From a virus (lineage: Duplodnaviria; Caudoviricetes), in IMG/VR virus record IMGVR_UViG_3300044956_000209, positions 1 through 31,551 of that record: DNA of 31,551 bases; one strand, 5' to 3'. Shown here one piece after another: positions 7,244 to 16,898 of this stretch. The notes beneath the pieces are model-generated. The model was not told where the DNA came from and searched no databases. It was given only the letters and a program-made list of their open reading frames with translations. Every line of letters begins with the position of its first letter. Within the stretch, counting starts at the first letter, position 1. The translations under genes were made by a program, and so were the position numbers.

Positions 7244-8110
7244 TTATGCGACTGTCAATGGACCCGCGCCTTGCAACGACACGCGAGCCGTAATCAGGCC
7301 CTCGACGGTGCATGAGATAGACACGCCGGACCAGAAACACGTTCCCGAGAACGTGCGCGAGCCGCCCGAGTTGTCAAACTTGCCAGCCAGCGTCACATCC
7401 GGCACACCGTCGTTGGTGGTATCCCATGATGGAGTTCCAATCGCACCAGCCGCGAAGATCGCCAGCAGGCCACCCGATCCGCTCGTTGCGGTGATCGCCG
7501 ACTTGGACCGGAACCCGTAGCGGTACATGGTCAACGCCGATGCCCCGATGGGTGCCGCGATTCCCAACTGATTAGCAAAGGCGGACATAGCGAAGTTGGG
7601 ATCGGTCGCCCCGTCCTCTGTGAGTTTCAGCGTGAGGGTCGGGAACGACGCTGAGTACGCATGGGGCAGACCAGCAGCCGTCGCCGAGTCCGCCATTGCC
7701 TCAAATGTGCCGCTGGCCTCTACCTTCGCCGACGGTCGAAACAGTTTCCACGTCTTATCTGATTGCGAGAAGTTGGAAATGTCATAGACCGGCGTGGTGA
7801 TGTCCAGCGTCCATGAGCGGATGCCGTATGAATACAACGTGTCGGACCACGTCACTAACCCGTTCACGCCAATCGTGGGCGCGGCTTTCGGGTACAGGCA
7901 GTCAATCGTTGCCCGCCAACTACGCAAGCCGGGGCGGTAGTTGCCGAACGTATCGCCCTGCGCCGTGATATCCAACACATCCTCATCCACATCAATCGTG
8001 ATGTTGTTGGGGACAAGCGAACCCGTCGATGGGTGCAGCATCGTCGCAAGATCGGTAGCCGCCGTGACGCTGGTAATCGTCGTCTGGATGCCTTCAAGTT
8101 GATAGCCCAT
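7244..8110 (-). CDS. Major tail tube protein (apparently double-domain)
   Basis: DVLDITAQGD..RPGLRSWRATI and the C-terminal FSGTCFWSGVSI...ITARVSLQGAGPLT are siphovirus tail-tube signatures; follows the tail terminator gene. Confidence 0.8.
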   Translation of the reverse strand: MGYQLEGIQTTITSVTAATDLATMLHPSTGSLVPNNITIDVDEDVLDITAQGDTFGNYRPGLRSWRATIDCLYPKAAPTIGVNGLVTWSDTLYSYGIRSWTLDITTPVYDISNFSQSDKTWKLFRPSAKVEASGTFEAMADSATAAGLPHAYSASFPTLTLKLTEDGATDPNFAMSAFANQLGIAAPIGASALTMYRYGFRSKSAITATSGSGGLLAIFAAGAIGTPSWDTTNDGVPDVTLAGKFDNSGGSRTFSGTCFWSGVSISCTVEGLITARVSLQGAGPLTVA

Positions 8111-8119
8111 GTGAATCTC

Positions 8120-8611
8120 CTATGCGTTGAGCGTCACCTGACAAGTGAATGTCATCGACGCGATAAACCAGTTATCGTCATCCTGCCCGGAATACTCGCA
8201 TTGGTTGCACACCATCACGCCAGCGTGCCAGCCGGGTGTGACTAATGCCCCGACCTGCCAGCGATGCAAGCCGTAGGACGGCGTGAAACTTGCCTGTGTG
8301 TTCCAATCGCCGTACACGCGGTTGATGATGGCTTGGCACAACGCCGGGCCGCCGTTGCCGGCGGTGCCCGTGCCGTTCATTGGTGCCTTGATGAGTACCT
8401 GAATCGTCGCTTGCCACACGTCGGCCCGTTGTGCGTGCTGCTGCTGATCGGCAACCCCGTAGACCATAAACAGGTATGGCTTTGTGCCCGGATCAGTGAC
8501 ACCCGATAGCGGGCCTTGGAAGTTCTTGATGCCGCCGGTTGCAACGGCTACCAGCGTTGGATCGGCCACCAGCCGGTCCCGGATCGCGTCTGCGAGTTCG
8601 TCAAACTTCAT
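8120..8611 (-). CDS. Tail terminator/completion protein (SPP1 gp17/DUF3168-like)
   Basis: LADAIRDRLVADPTLVAV...PYLF...ATIQVLI; canonical position. Confidence 0.7.
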   Translation of the reverse strand: MKFDELADAIRDRLVADPTLVAVATGGIKNFQGPLSGVTDPGTKPYLFMVYGVADQQQHAQRADVWQATIQVLIKAPMNGTGTAGNGGPALCQAIINRVYGDWNTQASFTPSYGLHRWQVGALVTPGWHAGVMVCNQCEYSGQDDDNWFIASMTFTCQVTLNA

Positions 8612-9198
8612 GCGACACCAAACACCTTCTGCGCGTTCGCCTCAAACGCGGCTTGCATGGCGGCAGTGGTGGCGAGGTTCTTTGTCTGGGGGAAGAAGTA
8701 CGGGCGCGGCGGGAGCGTTATGCTCGGCTTTAGAACGTAATAAACCTCGATCCCCTTCTTGCCCTTGCGCCGAACCAGCAGCCAGTTCCCCTTCTTGGAT
8801 TTGACCATGAATAGAAACGCAAACGAGCGTGGGCCGCGCCGCATTCTCGCGCGGGCCTTGGCTTTCGGATGCACGGGTATAGCAAGCAGTCGTCTGTTCT
8901 TTGCCGTAATCACCCCACCGAACTCTTGGATAGCAGCATACTTGATGGACTTCAGCACACCCACCCGCGCACCCTTGCCGTCGCGGTGCCAAGTAATACC
9001 ATCGTGCAACGAACTTGTCTGCCGCGAAGGTGGCGAGCCGACAGCCGAAGGTGTGCCCGCCGCCGTCTTTGTCAGCGATGCCCGCACGCGGCTTGCGAGT
9101 TCCTGCGCCGCCCCGTCCACGCCATGTGCGATGGCCTTGTCCAATTTCAAGGCAAGGTCGCCAACCTTCCATTCCTGCTTGATGCGGAGTTGGATCAT
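8608..9198 (-). CDS. HK97 gp10-like neck/tail completion protein
   Basis: PSAVGSPPSRQTSSLHDGI...KYAAIQEFG...PPRPYFFP; contains a basic insertion. Confidence 0.8.
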   Translation of the reverse strand: MIQLRIKQEWKVGDLALKLDKAIAHGVDGAAQELASRVRASLTKTAAGTPSAVGSPPSRQTSSLHDGITWHRDGKGARVGVLKSIKYAAIQEFGGVITAKNRRLLAIPVHPKAKARARMRRGPRSFAFLFMVKSKKGNWLLVRRKGKKGIEVYYVLKPSITLPPRPYFFPQTKNLATTAAMQAAFEANAQKVFGVA

Positions 9199-9551
9199 GC
9201 AATCCCCTCCGCTTGCGATAGATCAACAACGTAGATCACGCCATGCCCTGCCGAATTGTTCGCAGGCCCCTCGACGCGATACAGGCGGCCCGCCGTTGGA
9301 TACCCCGGACCAGTGACCGTGATAAGCGTGCCGGTGGTCAAATACCCGTCTTTCACATCGAACACGCCGGTAGAACGATGCTCGCCCGCGATGCGGCCCT
9401 CGCTCAACTGGCGAGATGATGATGGGTCTTCCACGCGGCATTTGCGGGTTGTTGTCCCGTTGCCAACGTTGATGTCCATGCCGTTGTCGTCGCCAACGGC
9501 TGGCGAGATGACGCTCGCGGTGTGGATGAATAGGTGGCGTGGTGCGTTCAT
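9195..9551 (-). CDS. Head-closure (stopper) protein
   Basis: ATGA-coupled start at 9551; about 118 aa, beta-rich, with GRLYRVEG; lies between the adaptor and gp10-like genes. Confidence 0.65.
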   Translation of the reverse strand: MNAPRHLFIHTASVISPAVGDDNGMDINVGNGTTTRKCRVEDPSSSRQLSEGRIAGEHRSTGVFDVKDGYLTTGTLITVTGPGYPTAGRLYRVEGPANNSAGHGVIYVVDLSQAEGIA

Positions 9552-10210
9552 GCTCGCCCCACCTCGCTGCCGAACAGATCGGCCATAATCATTTCCATCG
9601 ACACAGACCTGCCGTTGCGGTACCCCTTCGTGTACGAATACGCCATGATGCTTTCGGACTGGAGCATCGGGTTCGCGGCGCGATTGGTGAACAGCAGATC
9701 GACCGCCTGATACATGGCCCACTTCAGACTCGCGGGCATCGTTTGGCTGGTATACCCGCCGTTGTAAGTCACGCGGATATTGAACGATCCCTCGGGGAAT
9801 CTGGGTGACGGGCCAATACCCGCGCCCATACTGGTACTCTGCCAATCCGCCCCGTCGCCATACCATGAGTCGGCTGAGCCGGTGACCCGGCCCCATGCCG
9901 GGTTGTTGATCCAGATGATGCCGTTGGTGGTGTCCACCGAATACAGATCAGCATCGAAAGTCTGGAACGTCGTTCCGACACGGTACTCGACCGACGTGAG
10001 CGTATTGATCGGCCAAGATTTCACCTGCACCGATTCCTGCCCGATGTTCCCGTCTATGGTGTCTACATAGTTGCCAGCGTCGAACCTGCGGCCCGTAAAC
10101 TTCTCGGCCATATCTTGCGCGGCAGTAATAGCCAAGCCGATAAAGGTGTCATCGGTACTCCCGGAGATCCCGGCATATGTCTTGTATTCGGCGGTGGTGA
10201 TGATCGCCAT
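9548..10210 (-). CDS. Head-tail adaptor (HK97 gp6/SPP1 gp15-like)
   Basis: IITTAEYKTYAGI...DDTFI..AI.AA...AEKFTGRRF...IRVTYNGGY...MPASLKWA; GGAGG SD before ATG 10210. Confidence 0.85.
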   Translation of the reverse strand: MAIITTAEYKTYAGISGSTDDTFIGLAITAAQDMAEKFTGRRFDAGNYVDTIDGNIGQESVQVKSWPINTLTSVEYRVGTTFQTFDADLYSVDTTNGIIWINNPAWGRVTGSADSWYGDGADWQSTSMGAGIGPSPRFPEGSFNIRVTYNGGYTSQTMPASLKWAMYQAVDLLFTNRAANPMLQSESIMAYSYTKGYRNGRSVSMEMIMADLFGSEVGRA

Positions 10211-10221
10211 ACCGCCCTCCG

Positions 10222-10791
10222 TTAGTTCAACACAAGGGCCTCGATCACGCACGCCCCGCTGGTATTCGCAGCGGTGGCGCACAACACAAGGAAATGCGAA
10301 CAACCAAGCAAGTCGCCCGGCGCGCCCGTCGCCGGGCTGATGTATTCGTACCAAGGGCTGTAGAGATTCGGGGTGCCCGCCGAATCGCGCAGGTCGTTCG
10401 TCGCGTCCAGCGTGATCGTCAAGCCCGCGCCCGCTGCGTCGTTGTCAAGTCGCGTGGGCCGGATGGTGCCGTCGTCCGCAAACGCCGGAGACGAGGACGA
10501 CACGCCGGTAGCGGGGTCGGGTTGATGCACGCCGTACACCTGCACGACGGGCGAAGTAGTGACCGTGCCGGAATACTTGGCACGGAGCATGATTCGCGTC
10601 ACGCCCGGGCCAACCTTGGTCCACATGCAGTTACTTCCCGCGAACGACAGCGGGGTTTTCAGTTCGGTGGCAGTGGCAGCCGTGGCCTTCGCATTCGTCA
10701 CCGGCGTCACGATGTTGCCAAACGCTGAGGCAGTGGCAACGGTTTGGGCGAGGGCCGTGGTGGTGGTCTGGAGCGGTGCGGATAGTGCCAT
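10222..10791 (-). CDS. Hypothetical virion-associated protein (189 aa)
   Basis: T/A/G-rich beta protein between the decoration and adaptor genes. Confidence 0.65.
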   Translation of the reverse strand: MALSAPLQTTTTALAQTVATASAFGNIVTPVTNAKATAATATELKTPLSFAGSNCMWTKVGPGVTRIMLRAKYSGTVTTSPVVQVYGVHQPDPATGVSSSSPAFADDGTIRPTRLDNDAAGAGLTITLDATNDLRDSAGTPNLYSPWYEYISPATGAPGDLLGCSHFLVLCATAANTSGACVIEALVLN

Positions 10792-10852
10792 ATGCAGGCC
10801 CCTTATTTGAGAGCGTGGTGGGTGAAATCACGCGATTGGACGGACGGTCAAG

Positions 10853-10883
10853 CAAATACACCCCGGCCCGTTTCCGAGCCGGG
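10853..10883 (-). terminator. Hairpin/weak terminator after the capsid and decoration genes
   Basis: CCCGGCTCG-GAAA-CGGGCCGGG followed by GTGTATTT on the minus strand. Confidence 0.5.
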
Positions 10884-10891
10884 AGTGTGGG

Positions 10892-11329
10892 TTAGACGTT
10901 CTGATACTGAGCAACGCCGCGAAGTGTGGCGGTGGACGGGGCGATGCCGGTGGGCAACGCCATGAACACAGCCGAAACCAGCGTCGCGCCCGCGCCGCCG
11001 GTGATCTGGACACGGAAGTACCGCTGACGCGCCCCCATGTTGATGGTGGCGAAGAGCAGGGTGTTGTCGCTGCCGGCCGCCGTGGGATTGGTGAATGTAA
11101 CGACCGTTGCCACATCGGTAGAGAAGCCGCTATCGCTGGCCTCCTGCACAATGCAGGATGTCGCGTTGGCCGCGATGTTGCCGATGGAGATGAGAACACC
11201 GACAGTGCAGGACGGCCCGAGTCCGTTGGTGATCTGCGCCGTGTCAAACACCGTTGCCGTGGGCGTGGTGCCGTTAGCGTCAATGGGAGGAACCGAAAGA
11301 CCAAAGACAATGTTTTGCAGGGGAACCAT
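10892..11329 (-). CDS. Capsid decoration/cement protein
   Basis: 145-aa beta-sandwich directly after the capsid gene, with an IVQEASD...RQRYFRV pattern; AGGAG SD. Confidence 0.7.
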   Translation of the reverse strand: MVPLQNIVFGLSVPPIDANGTTPTATVFDTAQITNGLGPSCTVGVLISIGNIAANATSCIVQEASDSGFSTDVATVVTFTNPTAAGSDNTLLFATINMGARQRYFRVQITGGAGATLVSAVFMALPTGIAPSTATLRGVAQYQNV

Positions 11330-11359
11330 GAGGGATACTCCTTGTGTGTGCTGTGCGGA

Positions 11360-12718
11360 TTAGGTAGTGACCAGTTTGGCGATTGGGTCGTTGCCAGAAC
11401 GACCGCTGCCGTGGATGTTCACGCCGAAACGCGACGTGCCGAGGATGGCGAACTGATCCTGATCGAAATATCGCTCGGTGCTGGTCTTGATGCGAAGGTC
11501 GCGGCGGATGCCGATCATGGTGCTGGCTTGGAAGTCGCCGAAATACATCTGAGTCAATCCGCTGCCGCCCGTGGTGTCCATGACCTGAGCGAAGATCACG
11601 GGGAATCCAAGGAACATGGCATCGGTACGCAGTCCGTTGACGATTGCGCCGTTGGTGTATTCGATGGCCGTGGTGCCGCCAGCCGCAAGGCCGATGCGTG
11701 CCAGTGATCGCACGAACACCTGACGCGACATAACGAAAGCCCAGTTGGGATTCTGGCCCGCGTTGGCCGGAGTGCCCATGAGTTTGGTGATGTCAGCGGC
11801 GACAATCGCCTCTGCCGATGCGCCTGATGCCGTAACAGATGTCACGTTTGTGGAGTTGTTGAGGCCGATCATGTTGCCATACGCGGGCTGACCAGCCGCG
11901 TTGAAATAGCAGTTATCCATCGTGATGCTGTAGGTTTCTGCGAATGACCGGCTGTAGTCGTCGGCGATGTTGACAGCCGAATCTTCGAGCAACGAGTTCG
12001 ACAGGCGAGCGAGAACGCCGAACAACTTGGGGTTCAATGCCACATTGTCATAGGTGTTGTCGGTGGCGGTGAATGTGCCGTTCTCGTCGATGAACGCGCC
12101 CGCGCCAAGGGCGGTCTTGCGAGGCCAGTAGTTCACATCGGTGGGCAGCGTGACGACGTTCGCCAAGCGGCGGGACGCGCCGTAGTTCTCGGTGAGCCAA
12201 ATGAGTTGGGCATTGAACGCCTCGGGGACCAATGCGCCGCCGGTGCTGTTGACCGTGGTAGCACCGGCCTTGACAAGAATCTCGCGGTCGTTGGCCTTCT
12301 GGCTGTAATCCTTGCCGCCCATTGCGTTGAAGCGGATGAACGCGCCGAACTCTTCCGCCTCTTCCGGGGCCGAATAGATCGCGGTCTTTGCATTGATCTT
12401 CTTCTGGTAGAGTGCCCGATCCTTCTCGGCCTTGCTGCGAATCGCGGGGGCCTCGATGGTCTTGCCAGCGGCAAGCGATGCCGCCTTAGTCACTGCCTCG
12501 TCGTTGCGGGGCGTGGCCTCTTCCTTGGCCGATGGCAGCACAACGGCACGCTTCGCGGCGGGGGTGATCCACACCTGCGCAACGTCAACCGCCTTGCCTT
12601 GCTCGTCGCGGAGGTCAAGGTTCTCGTCGGCGATGAACTTCTGAATCTCGGGGAGTTCGTCGGCCCCCTTGTAGCCGTAGCCGTCACGAAGGACAGCCAT
12701 AAGGGTCTTGCGGTTCAT
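11360..12718 (-). CDS. HK97-fold major capsid protein
   Basis: GGALVPEAF, FIDENG, VALNPKLFGVLARLSNSLLEDSAVNI, FLGFPV, YFGDF, FDQDQ; start at MNRKT (12718) with an AGGAAG SD. Confidence 0.95.
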   Translation of the reverse strand: MNRKTLMAVLRDGYGYKGADELPEIQKFIADENLDLRDEQGKAVDVAQVWITPAAKRAVVLPSAKEEATPRNDEAVTKAASLAAGKTIEAPAIRSKAEKDRALYQKKINAKTAIYSAPEEAEEFGAFIRFNAMGGKDYSQKANDREILVKAGATTVNSTGGALVPEAFNAQLIWLTENYGASRRLANVVTLPTDVNYWPRKTALGAGAFIDENGTFTATDNTYDNVALNPKLFGVLARLSNSLLEDSAVNIADDYSRSFAETYSITMDNCYFNAAGQPAYGNMIGLNNSTNVTSVTASGASAEAIVAADITKLMGTPANAGQNPNWAFVMSRQVFVRSLARIGLAAGGTTAIEYTNGAIVNGLRTDAMFLGFPVIFAQVMDTTGGSGLTQMYFGDFQASTMIGIRRDLRIKTSTERYFDQDQFAILGTSRFGVNIHGSGRSGNDPIAKLVTT

Positions 12719-12808
12719 GGGAAACTTCCTGACAAAGTGACTTGCACTTCTCAGGGCATCCACGAAACCGCAACAGGTCGCCGAGTGCGGGGGCAGTAGC
12801 CGAGGGAG

Positions 12809-13552
12809 TTACCGAAGTATAACCACCGTTCTTGCCTTGGGCTTGTCAACCTGCTTTTTTTCTGGTTCGGATTCCGGCACAGGAACCACTACCGGCGCGG
12901 GTGGCCGCCAGAGTTGCTTGCACCCTACACGCTCAAGACACTTAGCCGTCGCCGAATACGCATCCTGATTCTCGGCTGGGTCGTCCATAGCCCAGCCCCG
13001 GCAGGACACGTTGCACGGGAATGGGGTGAGGGACAGTTCCAGCCACTGCCACTTGCGGATCACCGTCACGGCATTGGGCCAACGCTTCGTCTCGTCTGCG
13101 GACGGGGCACCCCAATCCAGGGCGCGGAAGCCGATTGACATGCCGATCCCGTCACGAGCCAAGCCCATGCAATCCCGCACTAGTTCTTGGTTGGCGGTCT
13201 TGCTCATGGCAATCCGCACCCGCCAGCCATAGGGCTGCCCATCAATACCGCGCACTAGTTGCAGCGAGTTCACCCGCAACTTGCCCACGCAATGATGCAC
13301 CGTGTAGTTGTGGTCCACGAAGATGGACTTGTTCTGGATGAAATACGTCACGTCGGCCCCTTCGGGCACCACAACCTCTCGCGACGAGTCTATATCGTTT
13401 GTGGTAGCGATGCCCTCAATGTCATAATCGCCGCCGTACTCCTTTGCCATGCCCTGCTTTCCGAACACGCCACGGATGCCAACATCATCGGAGCCAGTGC
13501 GCTGGCGTAGGTTCTTGATAGTGGCCTGTATGTCGATTGTCGGGACGATCAT
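12809..13552 (-). CDS. HK97-type prohead protease
   Basis: IEGIATTNDIDSSREVV, FVDHN, GMSIGF and LELSLTPFPCN (His/Ser/Glu catalytic motifs). Confidence 0.9.
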   Translation of the reverse strand: MIVPTIDIQATIKNLRQRTGSDDVGIRGVFGKQGMAKEYGGDYDIEGIATTNDIDSSREVVVPEGADVTYFIQNKSIFVDHNYTVHHCVGKLRVNSLQLVRGIDGQPYGWRVRIAMSKTANQELVRDCMGLARDGIGMSIGFRALDWGAPSADETKRWPNAVTVIRKWQWLELSLTPFPCNVSCRGWAMDDPAENQDAYSATAKCLERVGCKQLWRPPAPVVVPVPESEPEKKQVDKPKARTVVILR

Positions 13553-15627
13553 GGTGTACCTCCGTCATCTCTGATACCGGCTGTTCCGCACCGGCAATTC
13601 GGGTGCCCCTTGGCGGCGTACAGGTCGCGGGAAAGTTTGCCCGCACCGATAGCAAGCATATCGGACGACGTGAGATACGGCTGGTCAATCGGTACCTTGT
13701 TTGCGCCCCATTTGGTGATAATCGCGCCCACTATCTTCTCACACAACGGGCAAGGGCCGCCCGCCAAATCCCACGCCTTGTACGCAACGCCCGCCTCCGT
13801 CATGGCGGCCTGCTGCCCAAGGTCGAAAGCGTTGCCCGTCTCAGTACGGGCGATGAGTGCCGCCCGTTGCTCGGGGTAAGTCTCCGCCAGCGTTTGCGTT
13901 ATGGTGGCGACCGAATCACCATTGGCGATGCCGTCCGCTAGCGTGGTACGCAGGTCGTCAAGCGTGGTGCCAGACACCTCCTCCATCACCGTCGCGCGGT
14001 GTCTGGAAAGGGCTTGCACCACACGATCCGCCGGGAGTGCGAAGTCTGGTTCTTTGGCGATGCCGCCAGCGGTGAACGCCTGCAACGTGCCCTCGGACAC
14101 GATCTGATTCAGTTCATTGAGCCGCTGGCCCGTAATCGCAATCTGGCCCGAATCCTGCACCATCCGGGCACAGTCTGAAATAACGTTGTCGAACCACGCC
14201 TTCAACGCCGTCCGCATGGCGGCCTCGTACCCGCCCCGGTCGTCCTTCACCCACACCGGCATGGACTTGATGCGGAACGATTCATGCCAGCAACAATCCG
14301 CGTGCTTGGCCGCCTCGATCATGGCCGGGGTCTGGTTCAGCACCAACGCCGTGCCATTGATTCGCGGGACAGAACCCAGCCCATTCGGTAGCGGCTCCTT
14401 ACCCAACTCGGCCCGCACCTCGTCGATGGTCATAAACCCGGACCCGGCGAACGAAACCATCTCGGCGTTCTTGGCTGCCCGATCCTCTGGCACCACATCG
14501 TCATAGGCGAAGAACCAGCCATCTGTCCCTTGGAACTTGGGCAGCAATTTGTTTGTCAAGTCGTCCGCATCAAGGCACAGTCGGGGTGTGATCGCGTTCC
14601 GCATGTAACCCGGGTGACCTGCCGCCGCCGCCGCTAACGATCCCTCATTCGGGCGCAGCACGCTCTCGGGGATGCCCGCCGCCGCCCAGATCATCCGCTC
14701 GGTGCGCTCCATGCCCGCGACATATTCCATATCCTTGTTCGGCCACCCCATGTTTTTGATTTCGGAGAACTGCACCACAAGCGGGTTGCCGGTGTTGCGT
14801 ATTCCCCTCACCTGCCTGTTTATGTCATTGATCGCCTGCTTGCGTTGCTCGGCCCCCATCGTGTCGGGCAGTTTGATAATCATGGGTGGCCGCCCTTCGT
14901 TCTGCCAGCGTGAGGTTTCGGATACCGTCGCGTAGCGGAACAGATCGGCCTCGGCCAGAACCGCCGAAATCCATGAATCGCCGTAGTACGGGTCAACCAT
15001 CGACGGCTGATGCTTGAAATGCAGCGTCTCATCCTGCGGTATCTTCACCCGCTTAGCCGTGTCACGCCCGTACATCAGCCCGTCCACGAAGGTTTTGTCG
15101 CTGGCGATGACCGCCGCGAACTGCGGGTAGAGGAACGCCAGCCCGTTCGGTTCGCCGTTCTCGGGCGCGATGCACCAGAAGAACGCATTACCGCACAACT
15201 CTTTGCTCAGGAACCGCAAGCGTGCAAACTCATGGCCGCTCATCACGCTAGACGGGTTGCGGATCAGATCAATCACCGGATGGTCGATGACCTGCTCGAC
15301 CTGCTTGCCGTCAACCAGAGTCGCGGCCTTCATACCCACCCTCGCCGGATCGTTCAATCGCCGCATGTCCTTGCGGCTGGCGATGCCGCGCCCGGTTGTG
15401 GGCCGGTACAACCGGATTCGCGCCGATGCGCAGTTGCCCGCGTTGAGGTTGCAACAGATGTTTACCCATTGGGTGTAGCGTTCGACGTACCGCCCCATGT
15501 CCGAGTTGAACATGTATAGGTAGCGCGTCTCGTCCTGCGGTATGACCGTTGCCTCGACCCATCCGGCGAACTCGTTTGATGTCGATGGGGTTATAAACTT
15601 GCGAAGGTACGACAGGAGTTTCACCAC
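13549..15627 (-). CDS. Portal protein fused to a Mu gpF/SPP1 gp7-like head morphogenesis domain
   Basis: Portal motifs (HPVIDLIRNP, ELCGNAF, DPYYG, MTIDEVRAELGKEPL) followed in frame by RAALIARTETGNAF...CPLC...HPNCRC. Confidence 0.9.
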   Translation of the reverse strand: MVKLLSYLRKFITPSTSNEFAGWVEATVIPQDETRYLYMFNSDMGRYVERYTQWVNICCNLNAGNCASARIRLYRPTTGRGIASRKDMRRLNDPARVGMKAATLVDGKQVEQVIDHPVIDLIRNPSSVMSGHEFARLRFLSKELCGNAFFWCIAPENGEPNGLAFLYPQFAAVIASDKTFVDGLMYGRDTAKRVKIPQDETLHFKHQPSMVDPYYGDSWISAVLAEADLFRYATVSETSRWQNEGRPPMIIKLPDTMGAEQRKQAINDINRQVRGIRNTGNPLVVQFSEIKNMGWPNKDMEYVAGMERTERMIWAAAGIPESVLRPNEGSLAAAAAGHPGYMRNAITPRLCLDADDLTNKLLPKFQGTDGWFFAYDDVVPEDRAAKNAEMVSFAGSGFMTIDEVRAELGKEPLPNGLGSVPRINGTALVLNQTPAMIEAAKHADCCWHESFRIKSMPVWVKDDRGGYEAAMRTALKAWFDNVISDCARMVQDSGQIAITGQRLNELNQIVSEGTLQAFTAGGIAKEPDFALPADRVVQALSRHRATVMEEVSGTTLDDLRTTLADGIANGDSVATITQTLAETYPEQRAALIARTETGNAFDLGQQAAMTEAGVAYKAWDLAGGPCPLCEKIVGAIITKWGANKVPIDQPYLTSSDMLAIGAGKLSRDLYAAKGHPNCRCGTAGIRDDGGTP

Positions 15628-16898
15628 GCACCGCCTTCCACAGATAGCAGCCGCCGATCCAGTTCGATTTCAGTGCTATGCACAGGTTCGGCATCGTGGG
15701 CATCCGTGCCCTCGCGGTAGCCGCCTGCCACGCCGAAGTAGAAGCCGCCGCCGTGCTTGTTGTATTCGTGCTTCCGGCACGCCAGGGCGAGGGCACACAC
15801 GCCGTCATCATGCAACCCGCTCGGGGCCGAGTACGCCACACGACCGCCGCTGGTGTATTCGTACTCGAACGCCTCCAACTCAGCACGCAGGATCGGGTCC
15901 GCAAACCGCACCTCGCCGGATTGGATGCGGGCCGCCAGCCGCTCCATCATCTGCTGCTTACTAGTGCTGCTGAACTTCACGCCCTCCACGTTTGGCAGAT
16001 CGCGTTGCAACTCCTCTACGATTGGATCGCCTACGCCCGTCGAATCCATCGCCGTTGGCTTATCGCCAATGATGCGGGCCACGCGCCGCTTGGTTTCGAG
16101 CCACGGCGATTGCCAGCGTTCGGACACCACTACCTGTCCAGCCGCCGATAGGCCCACAACCCAAGTCCAGTCAGTCGATTTTGCCAAGTCAACCCCATAG
16201 CAGACGGGTTCACCAGCACAATCACCAAAGCACTTGGCGATGGCGTCCATCCCAAACGGATTACCGCCGTCATCCGCAGGGATGCCCTCGAACTCTTGAG
16301 CGTAAATCTGCGGTGGCATCTGGCGTTTCGCATCGGCCAATTCCTCGGGATCAATCGCCGGGTTAGAACTCGTCGGCGCACGAAACGCAGCCCAGCCATG
16401 TTCATTCTGGACACCGCGAAGATAGAAGCGGTGGAACTCGCGCCGCCCCTTTGGGGTGCCGAGCATCCATCCGTCCCCTCGCAAATCAGCAAGCGTCGGG
16501 CGGATCGCGCTATTCCAAATGTCCGCAAGGTTTCGCACGATGCCGCACTCATCCACCACCACGCGCTTGTATTTGCGGCCACGGGCGGGGTCGTCGCTAT
16601 CCATCGTCCAGTAGTCAAGCGAAGCACCGTTCACCAACTCGATCCGCTTCTCGGATTCGTTGCTCTTGGCGATAATCGGGCGGAGGATGCGGACATGCTC
16701 ACGCCACACCTCCATCAGATACTTGTACGTCGGCGCGAACCAGCCCACCGGATGGCCTGCTATGGACATTTCGGCGGCCAGCACCACGCCCATCGTGGTC
16801 TTGCCGAACCGCCGACCGCACTGGATCACATTGAACCGCTTGCGGTCCTTGATGATCGCCAGTTGCCCGGCGTGGTATTGTGGCAGTTCGATCCTCAT
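15621..16898 (-). CDS. terL: Terminase large subunit
   Basis: Walker A CGRRFGKTT, Walker B VVVDE, GTPKG coupling motif, nuclease GVDLAKSTDWT and HDDGVCALAL. Confidence 0.95.
   Translation of the reverse strand: MRIELPQYHAGQLAIIKDRKRFNVIQCGRRFGKTTMGVVLAAEMSIAGHPVGWFAPTYKYLMEVWREHVRILRPIIAKSNESEKRIELVNGASLDYWTMDSDDPARGRKYKRVVVDECGIVRNLADIWNSAIRPTLADLRGDGWMLGTPKGRREFHRFYLRGVQNEHGWAAFRAPTSSNPAIDPEELADAKRQMPPQIYAQEFEGIPADDGGNPFGMDAIAKCFGDCAGEPVCYGVDLAKSTDWTWVVGLSAAGQVVVSERWQSPWLETKRRVARIIGDKPTAMDSTGVGDPIVEELQRDLPNVEGVKFSSTSKQQMMERLAARIQSGEVRFADPILRAELEAFEYEYTSGGRVAYSAPSGLHDDGVCALALACRKHEYNKHGGGFYFGVAGGYREGTDAHDAEPVHSTEIELDRRLLSVEGGAW

Noticed and set aside
7232-7244. Programmed frameshift tail chaperone
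   Set aside because: There is no room for a gene and no slippery site between the tube and TMP genes.
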